A stretch of 64,000 bases of DNA. Source: an uncultured cyanobacterium. Lineage in GTDB: Bacteria; Cyanobacteriota; Cyanobacteriia; Leptolyngbyales; Leptolyngbyaceae. Made by a program: the position numbers and the translations under genes. The stretch spans positions 32,845 through 96,844 of the forward strand of contig CAVYAN010000113.1 of NCBI GenBank assembly GCA_963766075.1, read 5' to 3'. Of this stretch, positions 11,004 to 20,832 are shown piece by piece (within the stretch, counting starts at the first letter, position 1; each line of letters opens with the position of its first letter). The notes under the pieces are model-generated. The model was given only the letters and a program-made list of their open reading frames with translations, ran no database searches and was not told the origin of the DNA.

Positions 11004-12350
11004 TTACGTCTCATCGGCGATCGGAGGGGAATTTTCAGAAGAATTTGGCGGGCGATTCCACGGAGCCACTATCGGTAACAATAACAACCCCGGTACTGCC
11101 GCCACCATCGTCAGCAGAAAGAACGTAGACCAGCCCGTGACCTTGGCCAAATTCCCAGCGGGAGCCGCCAAAATGATGCTGCTGGTGGCCATCAGGCTCG
11201 ACAGCAGTGCAAATTGGGTGGCCGTAAACGCATGGTGACAGAGGCTCATCAGGTACGCCACAAATACTGCGGTTACCAGCCCTGCGCAGAAATTTTCAAC
11301 ATTAATGGCCAGCATCAAGTACGGGTTCGTGACGAGGGCTGTCCAAAATAGGGACAGAAAATTTTTCAGATTGATTTCTGCCAGGAGGGTAGAACTTTGT
11401 TTAGGGACCCAAGTCAAGAGCAAGTACCCCAGATTGCTGAGGGCTTGCAAGCCGCCAAACACCCACAGGGCGCGATGAATCCCAATTTTTGTAATCACGA
11501 GGCCACCACCGACCACGCCTAGGGTCGTTGCCATGAAGCCAAAGGTGCCCTGAATCGCCCCAATTTCCGTTTTGCTGTAGCCAATGTCCAACAGAAAGGG
11601 GGTGGCCATATTCCCCACCAGGGCATCGCCCAATTTGTACAAAAGAACGAATAGCAGCACCGCCACCGCAGCAGGAATCCCTAATCGGCCGAAAAACTCG
11701 CGAAATGGCAGATAAACTGCATCCGCTAGGGAGTCCGGAGGCCGCACCTGCTTTTGAGGTTCCGGTGCCCAAAAACTGGCGAGTAGGCCCACACCCATCA
11801 TGAGTCCTAACAACAGGTAAACCCTAGACCAAGGTAAAGAATCTGCCAGTATCAGGGATACAGAACCGGAGATCAGGACGGCAAGGCGATATCCCAATAC
11901 CCAGGTGGAGGCACCCATGCCCCATTCGCTTGGGGCCAAGACATCGGTGCGGTAGGCGTCGCCGGCAATGTCTTGGGTGGCGCTGAGGAGGGTAATGATT
12001 AGGGCGTTGAGGGCCAGCAGGTGCAGGGTTTGTGCGGGCTGCTGCAAGGCCATGGCAGCGATCGCCACCATCAAACCCACCTGGGTCATCACTAACCAAC
12101 CTCGCCGCCGTCCCATGAAGGGCGGCACAAAGCGATCGAGAAACGGCGACCACAAAAACTTGAGGGTGTAGGGCAGTCCCACGAGGCTAAACCACCCGAT
12201 AACGCCCAAATCGACGTGGGCATCTTTCATCCAGGCTTGCAGGGTGCGGCTGGTCAGCAGCAACGGCAAACCGGAAGAGAAGCCCAGGAATAACAGGGCG
12301 GAAATTTTCCGGCTGCGGAAAACCTGGAGTAGGGGTTGAATCGCGTTCAC
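11004..12350 (-). CDS. ampG: AmpG family muropeptide MFS permease
   Basis: LGFSSGLPLLL, KFLWSPFLDR, GRRRGW, SATQDIA, TATQFALLSSL. Confidence 0.9.
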   Translation of the reverse strand: MNAIQPLLQVFRSRKISALLFLGFSSGLPLLLTSRTLQAWMKDAHVDLGVIGWFSLVGLPYTLKFLWSPFLDRFVPPFMGRRRGWLVMTQVGLMVAIAAMALQQPAQTLHLLALNALIITLLSATQDIAGDAYRTDVLAPSEWGMGASTWVLGYRLAVLISGSVSLILADSLPWSRVYLLLGLMMGVGLLASFWAPEPQKQVRPPDSLADAVYLPFREFFGRLGIPAAVAVLLFVLLYKLGDALVGNMATPFLLDIGYSKTEIGAIQGTFGFMATTLGVVGGGLVITKIGIHRALWVFGGLQALSNLGYLLLTWVPKQSSTLLAEINLKNFLSLFWTALVTNPYLMLAINVENFCAGLVTAVFVAYLMSLCHHAFTATQFALLSSLMATSSIILAAPAGNLAKVTGWSTFFLLTMVAAVPGLLLLPIVAPWNRPPNSSENSPPIADET

Positions 12351-12501
12351 GGTGGGGCAAAATTAAGGAGCACCGTCATCATGCCACAGCACCAAGGACA
12401 CTGTATAAGAGCACATAAGACACTGTATGGCATGCCTCATTACGGTGTCGTTGGCGGTTGCTGTGTCGTTGGCTAGCGTGCTGCGCGATCGTCCCCTTTG
12501 C

Positions 12502-12557
12502 CAGTGTGACTGGCTCAGTGTAACCGGATCAGTGTAATCAGGTCAGTGTGGCGGGAT
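12502..12557. repeat. Degenerate 14-bp tandem repeat (CAGTGT core x4)
   Basis: cagtgt at 12502, 12516, 12530 and 12544. Confidence 0.8.
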
Positions 12558-12566
12558 CGAAGCTCG

Positions 12567-13181
12567 TCAGGCCAGTCGGCCATAGCCGCGCCATACGCCC
12601 ACTAAAATCCCTTGAATATCCAATTGACTGGCAGGGACTTCAATTGGCTCGTAGTTGGGATTAGCGGGTTGTAGGGTGACTTTGGTGCCTTTGCGTTGGA
12701 GGTATTTTAATGTGGTTTCACCCCCCACCCGCGCTGCAACAATGGTGCCATTTTTGACGGCTTTCTGATCCGCTACGGGCTGCATAATCACAATATCGCC
12801 GCGATCGATCAAGGCTCCGATCATGCTGTCTCCCGTCACTCGCAGGGCGAAGTACTGGGGATTGAGCAGCAGGCCAGTCAGGTCGAACTGTTCGACATCC
12901 GTTTCGGGAAAGGTTTCGACTAAGCTACCAGCGGCGATCGCCCCTAAAATGCGGACACCGGGCTGGGATGCCTGGGTCAGCCGGATGGTGCGGGCGCGGC
13001 CTTCGGTCCAGTCAATAAACCCCTTGGTCCGCAGATGCTCTAGGCGACTTTGCACCGGGGCGGGAGATTTCAAGCCCATTGCCTTCATCATTTGGCGAAT
13101 GGAGGGGGAATGCTGGTGCTGCCGAATATAGTCCACAAGCCAGTCGTAGAGTTCCTGCTGAGCGGGGGTAAGAGGTTCCAT
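12567..13181 (-). CDS. lexA: Transcriptional repressor LexA
   Basis: MEPLTPAQQELYDWL...SPSIRQMM HTH, IAAG cleavage site, catalytic GDSM and TLK. Confidence 0.95.
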   Translation of the reverse strand: MEPLTPAQQELYDWLVDYIRQHQHSPSIRQMMKAMGLKSPAPVQSRLEHLRTKGFIDWTEGRARTIRLTQASQPGVRILGAIAAGSLVETFPETDVEQFDLTGLLLNPQYFALRVTGDSMIGALIDRGDIVIMQPVADQKAVKNGTIVAARVGGETTLKYLQRKGTKVTLQPANPNYEPIEVPASQLDIQGILVGVWRGYGRLA

Positions 13182-13193
13182 AGGGATGGGAGA

Positions 13194-13222
13194 AGTACAA
13201 ATGTCTTTAGGACAAAAGTACC
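13194..13222. promoter_or_regulatory. Two tandem cyanobacterial LexA-box-like sites upstream of lexA
   Basis: AGTACAAATGTCTT (13194-13207) and AGGACAAAAGTACC (13209-13222) both approximate RGTAC-N3-DGTWCB, and lie 13-41 bp upstream of the lexA start. Confidence 0.65.
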
Positions 13223-13478
13223 ACATTTTTGGCGTTTGTCCAGAATGTTAAAAAAAATAAAATTCCAGCGGGTCGGGGATCGCCATGCATCGGGGTGCCC
13301 GTCCGTCAGATCCGATGGGGATCGATCCAGTTGACTTATGGTGATTCTCCGGTTTGATCTAATGTCCTAATCTATGGCGAATTTGGCGGAGAAATTAATG
13401 GCACATTAACGCAAGCCGCCTACACTTTCTAAGTCAATGGTGTATGGTGAAGAATAGCCACAGCCACTCCGAACTGAG

Positions 13479-13877
13479 GTGCAAATGGATTTTAGGGAGC
13501 AGTTAAAGCAGCAACGGGTTAAGCATATTGTCAGTAGTTATCAGTTGGCCGGTACGGATGCCGAGTCCTTTGAACACTATTTGGCTGGTTTGTTGCATGC
13601 TTATCCGGCTCCCCTGATTGAATTAGCCCTGGTAGAAACTCTGGTGGATTGTTGGGTACGCCTGCCTGTGATTCGGGGCTGTGAGTTTTTGGCGATCGCC
13701 CATGACTATCTTCAGGACTGGGACGACCGCCTGCAAGCCTTTTCGCGCCACCAGCCCGTGGCGAGCACCATTGCCCCGGAGCAGTTTCAGCAAATCACGG
13801 GTTTAGATCCCAGTCCGATTTTTGGGCTGACGGGCTGTCTGAGGCCCCAGCCTTCTGGGCGTTCTAGCAATGTGTAA
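13479..13877 (+). CDS. Conserved cyanobacterial hypothetical protein
   Basis: 132-aa ORF with LIELALVETLV..W...P..RG..FL and QFQQITGLDPSPIFG motifs; normal codon use. Confidence 0.7.
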   Translation: MQMDFREQLKQQRVKHIVSSYQLAGTDAESFEHYLAGLLHAYPAPLIELALVETLVDCWVRLPVIRGCEFLAIAHDYLQDWDDRLQAFSRHQPVASTIAPEQFQQITGLDPSPIFGLTGCLRPQPSGRSSNV

Positions 13878-13962
13878 TCGTTTCTCGATTTGAGTAGTGC
13901 GATGGGCGATCGCTCATCGCAGCATGATTATCTTTGAATTGCTCCCAATGCCTTGAATGCCT

Positions 13963-15699
13963 TTACCAACTATCCCCTGAACCACTACCGCTGCTACTCC
14001 CTCCGCCAAAGTCACTGCTACTGCTGAAACTATCACTGGAACTCCAGCTATTCCCAGAGCTTCCTGCATAGTTTGAACTATCACTGGAACTCCCATGGCT
14101 GCGGGCAGACGACCGATGACTCACGGGGGCACATCTAGGGATAATTTCCGATTGCTCATCCACAAAGGAACAACAATGGCACCGCCGAGTAATTTGGCGC
14201 TTACCCTCCTGATCAGACGTGGCAGGCTGCGTAATTCTAGAGATTTCCTCGATAGTTAATTCTTGGCAATGGGCGCAGTGGTGCTGTTGATTCGATAAAA
14301 TATAGCCGCGTAGATGCAGATCAACAAGGTTTGATTCGGGTTTACAGGTTGGACATTTCCAGCCAATGAAGGATATGTTTCCCAAAGATTGGGCCACGCG
14401 CTCTGGCTCTTGCAGCAGGTCCTCTAGGCGATGCGAGTTGATCCGCTCCATGGGGGAATGACATTGAGAGCAGTGGGTCGGGCGTACTGATTCAGGCGGT
14501 TGACAAAGGGGAAAGTTGTTGACCCGAGAGCGTCCCATGGGGTCAATGGTCACCGCATGCTTAGGCAATGTTAAACAGGGAATGGTTTCCTCTGCTTGCC
14601 ATGTATCGTCACAACAGTGACAGGTATACGTGGTTAGACGGCTACCTGCTTGGTTCCAGGTGGGCTTTTGCACGGTGTTTAAACGAGCGCTGGCTGTCCG
14701 CTCGTCACAGGTTGGACAATGGCAGAATTTTTCCGCATCCATGATAGCTTTCCGCACATGGATACCCTTCGCAGAGGGCTGGCAAGATTTGCACCGCCAA
14801 CCGTTGTAAGCCATGCTGCCGAGTTTTTGGGCGGTTTGTTGCGGTTGACTGAGAACGTGCGATAGGTCTCCCGCCGGTACTCGCTCCATCGGTTGCTGAC
14901 AGATGGCACAGTGGCATCGTTCCCGCCCGGTAATTTCCGATCTTTGCACCTGCGATTCCCCTTCTGGGGCCAACACTATCCGATTGCGGCGGCGGTATAG
15001 CAAAATTCCTCCCCAAATGAGCATTCCGGCCCCTAATCCGCTAGAAATTGACCTGAGCAGATTGTCCACGTTGCTGGCAACTGCTGGTTGGAGCGTTTCA
15101 GCCTGGGTTGGGGGGCTGGCACTGCTGCTGGGTTTGGGCGGCGTTATATTTGGGGCCAGTATGGCAGTTTTAGAAAAATCAGAGGTGGAATACCGGCTGA
15201 CTTGAGCGATCAGAGTTTGGGTCCCGGCCAAAACCCCAGCATCAAACTGGTGTTGTTTGAATCTGGGTGTAACTTCCTGGCGTAGAATTTGACTCACACG
15301 GGCTTCAGGCAGCAGGGGATCAATCCCTTTTCCCGTAATGATTTCAACCCGGCGATCGCCCTGAGACACCAAGAACAACACCCCATTATCTTTCCCTTTT
15401 TTACCGATCCCCCAGGTATTGAACAATGACGTCGCAAAAGCCTTTGAATTTAAAGAAGGAAAAATATCTGGAACTGTGACCACCGCGATTTCGCTGCTAT
15501 TTTGGGCTTCTAGCGCCGTAATCTGGCGATTCAGTTCCGCCTCCGTTTCAGGAGCCAGCATGTCTGCCCTATCCGTAACCCAGCCACCATCGGTCCGGCG
15601 GGGATTCGGCACGGATTCTATCGGGATAGCAAAACAATCCGACGCAACACTCACCAAAACTAAGGTTAAGACACCTGAGCAGAATGCGGGACTGAACAT
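13963..15699 (-). CDS. TPM-domain membrane protein with duplicated Cys-rich (Zn-ribbon-like) module and Gly/Ser tail
   Basis: Signal peptide, TPM domain (WVTDRADML...FNTWGIGKKGKDNGVLFLVS..DRRVEI), TM helix, two blocks of CxxC motifs, tail DFGGGSSSGSGSGDSW. Confidence 0.85.
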   Translation of the reverse strand: MFSPAFCSGVLTLVLVSVASDCFAIPIESVPNPRRTDGGWVTDRADMLAPETEAELNRQITALEAQNSSEIAVVTVPDIFPSLNSKAFATSLFNTWGIGKKGKDNGVLFLVSQGDRRVEIITGKGIDPLLPEARVSQILRQEVTPRFKQHQFDAGVLAGTQTLIAQVSRYSTSDFSKTAILAPNITPPKPSSSASPPTQAETLQPAVASNVDNLLRSISSGLGAGMLIWGGILLYRRRNRIVLAPEGESQVQRSEITGRERCHCAICQQPMERVPAGDLSHVLSQPQQTAQKLGSMAYNGWRCKSCQPSAKGIHVRKAIMDAEKFCHCPTCDERTASARLNTVQKPTWNQAGSRLTTYTCHCCDDTWQAEETIPCLTLPKHAVTIDPMGRSRVNNFPLCQPPESVRPTHCSQCHSPMERINSHRLEDLLQEPERVAQSLGNISFIGWKCPTCKPESNLVDLHLRGYILSNQQHHCAHCQELTIEEISRITQPATSDQEGKRQITRRCHCCSFVDEQSEIIPRCAPVSHRSSARSHGSSSDSSNYAGSSGNSWSSSDSFSSSSDFGGGSSSGSGSGDSW

Positions 15700-15792
15700 A
15701 GGTTTCGTGCGTCAGTGTAAAGATTGGTACAGCCATTTTGGCTGGCTGAGGTAATCTTCACTAGACGCTGGCAAAATTACGGACGGCCCGCT

Positions 15793-15819
15793 GCCCTAGG
15801 GGTATGGTTTCCCTAGGGG
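15793..15819 (-). terminator. Putative stem-loop downstream of pyk
   Basis: GCCCTAGGGG-tatggtt-TCCCTAGGGGC inverted repeat about 80 bp after the pyk stop. Confidence 0.4.
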
Positions 15820-15896
15820 CATATTAGGGATTTGCGGTTGATTAAGATACCCCTACGACGGATTGAGCGTCGTCGAATGTTAAACATGTCCGCCTT

Positions 15897-17681
15897 CTAA
15901 ACCATCAAGGCAGCATCGGTCTGGGCTGGATTGCTGGAGGCTCCTGAAAACACCAGTCCTCGCTGCATATCCAGCGTGACAATTTCGCCATCGCGAATCA
16001 CCGACGTGGCGTTTTTCACCCCCACAATCACCGGCACACCCAGGCGCAAGCCAATCACCGCTGCATGACTAGTGAGACTTGCCTCCTCTGTAACAATGCC
16101 TGCCGCCTTGCGAATGGCTTCCACAAAGTCGGCACTGGTACTCTGCGCGACCAAAATCTCCCCCGCCCCAAAGTGCGCGGTTTCCGCCAAGGTGCTGACC
16201 ACCCGCGCTCGGCCACTAATCGACCCTTGGCCAATGCCAATACCCTTCCCGCGTACCGCCGTCACCACTTCCACCTTAATCAAATCGGTGGAACCCGCTA
16301 CCCCCTGGAGGGTCCCCGCCGTCATCACCACCAGATCGCCTTCCTGGAGCAGCGACTTTTCGAGGGCGACATTCAGGGCGGCTTGGAAGGTTTGTCCGGT
16401 CGAGGGCAAATCTAAGACCAATAGCGGTTTAACGCCCCAAACCAGTTGCAGTTGCCGCGCCACATCCACATGGGGCGTGATGGCCAAAATTGGCTTTTGG
16501 GGGCGGAATTTGGAGACATTGCGGGCCGTCGAGCCCGTTTTGGTCAGAGTCATGATTGCCGCTGCATCCAACTGGCCGGCAATTTGGCCGACGGCACAGC
16601 TAATGGCATTGGGAATAGAGCGGTTGCTCTCCTGAGCATTGCGGGTGAGCTTTTCTTGCTCAATCCGAACGGCAATCCGGGCCATGGTAGCCACCGCTTC
16701 CACCGGGTATTTGCCGACGGCGGTTTCATTCGATAGCATGACGGCATCAGTGCCATCCAAGATCGCATTGGCCACATCGGAAATTTCGGCCCGGGTAGGG
16801 CGGGGACTGCTGACCATGCTGTCCAGCATTTGGGTGGCCGTAATCACCGGAATGCCCATGCGATTAGACGTCGCAATCAAGCGCTTTTGCAGGATGGGCA
16901 CATCTTCGGCGGGGAGTTCTACGCCCAAGTCGCCCCGGGCGACCATGACTCCATCGCTAATGGAGAGAATGGCTTCCATTTCCTGGATGGCCTCGTGTTT
17001 TTCAATCTTGACAATGACGGGCACATTTTTGCCCGCATTAGCAATCAATTCTTTGATTTCTAGAACATCGTTGGGGTTGCGGACAAAGCTGAGGGCGACC
17101 CAATCCACGCCTTGATCGAGGCCGAAGGTCAGGTCTTCTTTATCTTTGTCGGTGAGGGCCTTGATCGAGAGGTAAACGCCGGGAAAGTTGACGCCTTTGT
17201 TATTAGAGAGCGGGCCACCGACAACGGTACGGCAATGGAGTTCGCGGGTTTCGCGATCGACGCGCTCCACCACCATTTCGACCCGGCCATCGTCCAGCAT
17301 GATGACGGCCCCAGCCGGGACTTCATCGGCGAGGGGTTCGTAGGTGACGCAACTGATCTCCTGGGTGCCGGGGCAGGCACGACTGGTGAGGATATAGGGA
17401 TCCCCTTTCTTGAGGGTAATTGGTCCTTCGGCAAATTTGCCGAGGCGAATTTTAGGCCCTTGCAAATCTTGGAGAATGCCCACGGGCTGGTTCAGTTCAA
17501 AGGAAATCTGGCGAATCAGTCGAATGCTTCGTTGGTGATCGTCATGGGTGCCGTGGGAGAAGTTCAGCCGAAAGGTGCTGGCACCGGCTTCGATCAGCGC
17601 GCGGATGACTTCTGGAGTGCTGGTCGCAGGACCAATGGTGGCAACAATTTTAGTACGGCGCTGGGAATAGGACGGTTGCAT
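15897..17681 (-). CDS. pyk: Pyruvate kinase with C-terminal PEP-utiliser mobile domain
   Basis: RRTKIVATIGPA, RLNFSHG, DLQGPKIR, MVARGDLGVE, TATQMLDSM; C-terminal LTSHAAVIG. Confidence 0.97.
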   Translation of the reverse strand: MQPSYSQRRTKIVATIGPATSTPEVIRALIEAGASTFRLNFSHGTHDDHQRSIRLIRQISFELNQPVGILQDLQGPKIRLGKFAEGPITLKKGDPYILTSRACPGTQEISCVTYEPLADEVPAGAVIMLDDGRVEMVVERVDRETRELHCRTVVGGPLSNNKGVNFPGVYLSIKALTDKDKEDLTFGLDQGVDWVALSFVRNPNDVLEIKELIANAGKNVPVIVKIEKHEAIQEMEAILSISDGVMVARGDLGVELPAEDVPILQKRLIATSNRMGIPVITATQMLDSMVSSPRPTRAEISDVANAILDGTDAVMLSNETAVGKYPVEAVATMARIAVRIEQEKLTRNAQESNRSIPNAISCAVGQIAGQLDAAAIMTLTKTGSTARNVSKFRPQKPILAITPHVDVARQLQLVWGVKPLLVLDLPSTGQTFQAALNVALEKSLLQEGDLVVMTAGTLQGVAGSTDLIKVEVVTAVRGKGIGIGQGSISGRARVVSTLAETAHFGAGEILVAQSTSADFVEAIRKAAGIVTEEASLTSHAAVIGLRLGVPVIVGVKNATSVIRDGEIVTLDMQRGLVFSGASSNPAQTDAALMV

Positions 17682-17847
17682 GGATGATCATCCAGGGGAA
17701 TGGGCGGCGAAAGAAACGGAGACGTGCAGAAGCCAAGTGAATAAGCTAACCGTAGGTCAGTGTGCCCCATAGTGGATCCTCGGTGCAAGGGGGGAAGCGA
17801 GAAGAAAGGATGAAGGCCGAAGATTTCGGCTGGCTTGGGAAGCGATG

Positions 17848-19228
17848 TCACCATTCCTGGAGGGCGATCGCCACTCCGCGCTCGAGAGGGGTCTTGGGAT
17901 CAGTGGCGTCAGCGATAGTGGCGGCGGCGATCGCGGTGGCTAATGCGGTGAGGCGGGCGTGGGCTTGGGGGCCATCCAGGCGTTTAAGGGCGGCAATCAC
18001 ATGCAACCGGAGTCGAAGGTCGTCGGTGGCCAGCATTTGGATTAGGGGATCCAGGGCTTGGAGTTGGCCGAGCTGTCCTAGGGCAAGGGCGAGGGCCTGT
18101 TGCTGTGCGGGGGTGGAACTGGATGGGCTTTGCAAGGTTTGCAGTAGGATGTCTGCGGCCCGGGGTTTGAGGGTGGGGGTGGGCCAGTCCCCCAGCAGTC
18201 GCACAATTTCGCGATCGCGGTCGGGATGGGAAGCTACCTGGGAATGGTTACCCTGAGGGGTGCTGGGGCAGAGACAGGTCTGGAAATAGTCTAGGGCGGT
18301 GGCTTGCCCAGTCCAGGCAAGGGCGCGGACCAAATCCAGTTGCAGGTCGAGGCTTGTGTGGGGAGATTGTAAAGCCCTAAGGAGTAGGGTGGTGGCAGTG
18401 GGGGTGCTCCAGCGTCCCAGGGCGATCGCTGCCTGCTGGCAAACGGTTTGATCGACATCCCACAGGCGATCGCCCAAGTGCTGTACCCAATCCTCTGTGT
18501 CTCCGAGGTCCGGGCGGAATCCCAGTCCAGCGATCGCAATCCGGCGGACGGCGGCGACGGGATCGGTCAGGGCGTGCCTCAGGACGGGGGACTCGGGGAT
18601 CATGGAAACTGCCCAGGGCTTCCAGCGCCAGGGCACGGATGCTGGCATCTGGATCCTCGACAACGGAGAGTAATGGGGCAATGGTGGCGGAATTGCGGAT
18701 TTGGGCCAGCGCGGGCACGACTAAGGGGCGCAGGGTAGGCAAGGCCAGCAGGGGAATTAGGGCCGCGATCGCTGTCGGTCCCAAGTTGGCGAGGGCGGCG
18801 GCGGCTATAGGGCTGAGGTCATCATCATCAGCCTGGACGGCGGTAATCAAGGCTTGGATGGCTTGGGGGTGGGCAAAGCTGCCCAGAATGCGGGCAGTGT
18901 ACCAGCGGGCTTCTAAATCGGCGGTGTCATCCCGTAGCAGCGCAATGAGCGGGGCGATCGCCCCCTCGCCAAATCCGGGTAGCAGTTTGGCTATATCCCA
19001 CCGGGCTTGAAAATCGCCAAAGCGCAACACTTGCAGCGCCAAATCCAGGGCCATTGGGCGCATTTCAGCCGTTCTCGGTTCCGGGAAGTGATTGTGATCA
19101 GCCGCGTGATCAGCCGCGGTCGCGGGCGGCGCAGACCCTTGGTTCATCCATTGCTCTAATATTTGCCCTAAGGCAGACCAGTTTTGCTGTTGGGCAGCCA
19201 CCTGGGCCTGCTGAAGAAGACTGACCAT
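17848..19228 (-). CDS. HEAT-repeat (PBS lyase-like) protein, frameshift near 18585
   Basis: Repeated AIAPL/ALA.LG helical HEAT motifs across ORFs 18377-19228 and 17848-18681. Confidence 0.8.
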
Positions 19229-19350
19229 AAGGCGCTATTCTCACGTGCTCACTGGTTTTAGCATGAAGCGATCGCTCCGGCTTCGGTGGTTAAATTACAT
19301 TAATCGTAACGACTCAGGGATCGCGATCGCCTCTGTGTGGTTGCCGAGGT

Positions 19351-19432
19351 TGACCCACCCCGCCCTGCGGGCAACTCTCCCGGGAGGGGATATTTTCGAG
19401 CATTCCCCTCCTGGGAAGGGTTAGGGGTGGGT
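19351..19432. repeat. Second copy of the GACCCACCCCGCCCT..GGGGTGGGT hairpin repeat
   Basis: Aligns with 5883-5964 (GACCCACCCCGCCCT[A/G]CGGGCA...GGAGGGGA...TCCCCTCC...TAGGGGTGGGT). Confidence 0.85.
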
Positions 19433-19536
19433 GCAACGGATGGCACAAGCTGAGTAGTCACCATTAATCAGGGAAATAGGCTCTGATTTTCCGATATTCC
19501 TATAGTGGGAACCGCGAAAGCCGTCAGTGCCAACTG

Positions 19537-20223
19537 CTACGCCGCCGATTCCCCCCCTTGGATGAAATCAATCATTTCGTGCAGGGTACCGGGTTTGGTG
19601 ACAATCAGGACCGTTGAACCCGGTTCCATCACCGTATTGCCATTGGGAATTTCCAGATCCGCTTGGGGGTGAGGTTGGTAGCCGATGATCAGGGAGCCTG
19701 TGGGAAATCGAGAATCCTGGGCGATCGCTGCGAGACTACGGCCAGCGGCATTGCAGCGATCGGGGATCGATAACTTCAGCACTTCGATTTGTCCTTGCTC
19801 AAAGTGCATCATTGACTCCACCTGGGGAAATTCGATCGCATTGGCCATGGTCGAGACCGCCAAATCGATCGCATTAATCACATGGGTTGCGCCCGCAATG
19901 CGATAGGGTTCCGCAAAATCGCGGTGCCGCATCCGCACCAAAATCGTTGGCACCCCATAATACTTGCCCAGGGTCACCATGGCCAAATTCAGGGCATCAT
20001 CCCGCAGGACCGCCGCCAATGCATCCGCCTTGCGAATTCCCGCTTCCAGGAGGGATTCCGTCCGCACCGCACTGCCCTCAAAGGCCATGACGCCCACCTG
20101 TTCCCGTGCATAGCGACACGCCGCTGGATCCACATCCACCAGAGCTACGGTATGTCCCAAATCCACGAGCAACTTGGCTAATCCCAGCCCAACCAATCCC
20201 GCTCCCCCGATTAGCACGTACAT
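19537..20223 (-). CDS. trkA: TrkA family potassium uptake protein (RCK_N/RCK_C)
   Basis: N-terminal Rossmann motif IGGAGLVG and TrkA_C region. Confidence 0.85.
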   Translation of the reverse strand: MYVLIGGAGLVGLGLAKLLVDLGHTVALVDVDPAACRYAREQVGVMAFEGSAVRTESLLEAGIRKADALAAVLRDDALNLAMVTLGKYYGVPTILVRMRHRDFAEPYRIAGATHVINAIDLAVSTMANAIEFPQVESMMHFEQGQIEVLKLSIPDRCNAAGRSLAAIAQDSRFPTGSLIIGYQPHPQADLEIPNGNTVMEPGSTVLIVTKPGTLHEMIDFIQGGESAA

Positions 20224-20368
20224 CCTAATTGCCCTCCTCCTGTTTTCTGTCAGATGCCTTCCCGATGCTCTGTCTAGCGGGGTGGCCGTAGATACTGCGA
20301 TCGCCCACTGCCGCTGCTACACTCAAAATATATGGGAAATATAGGGGCTTCTGGACTGTGGGTCCTCC

Positions 20369-20557
20369 TTATTCTTCGTACTCACTATCGATTTCAATTT
20401 CTAGAGTCTCTTCGTCTACACGAATGTAGAGAATATTGGGGCGGCAGCAGACTTGACAGTCTTCAACGTAGGATTGTTGGGTGCCACCACTCCAGTCAAT
20501 GAAGGTGAGATTGGATTCACCGCAATAGGCACAAATATATTCAGCAGTATTTTGCAT
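20369..20557 (-). CDS. CPXCG-motif cysteine-rich protein
   Basis: CAYCGE...QSYVEDCQVCCRP. Confidence 0.85.
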   Translation of the reverse strand: MQNTAEYICAYCGESNLTFIDWSGGTQQSYVEDCQVCCRPNILYIRVDEETLEIEIDSEYEE

Positions 20558-20616
20558 GGCCATACTCATCTCGCGGTTTCTCATCTTACAAGGTTTGATC
20601 GTCGAGGTTTGATGCC

Positions 20617-20764
20617 TTAGGGACTTCCAAACAAAAAATCATCCCAGGAGGTTGGTTTACCCTGCGGGAAGCCAGCGATGACTACGCTCAACCCGCTATG
20701 GCTGAAGGTTGAGCGCAGTCGAAACCTGGTTCACGGGCAGGTTATTTTCATGGAAATCGCCTTA
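20617..20764. mobile_element. Second AGGGACTTCCAA-bounded MITE-like element with nested repeats
   Basis: Starts TTAGGGACTTCCAAACAAAAAATCATCCC, contains TACCCTGCGGGAAGCCAGC and GACTACGCTCAACC/GGTTGAGCGCAGTCGAAACC, and has a degenerate right end TTATTTTCATGGAAATCGCCTTA. Confidence 0.65.
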
Positions 20765-20832
20765 GGTCTAATCTTGCTGAAGGATCATCGCACCGCAATC
20801 GCCGAAAACTGTCCCATCACGCATCCATACCC

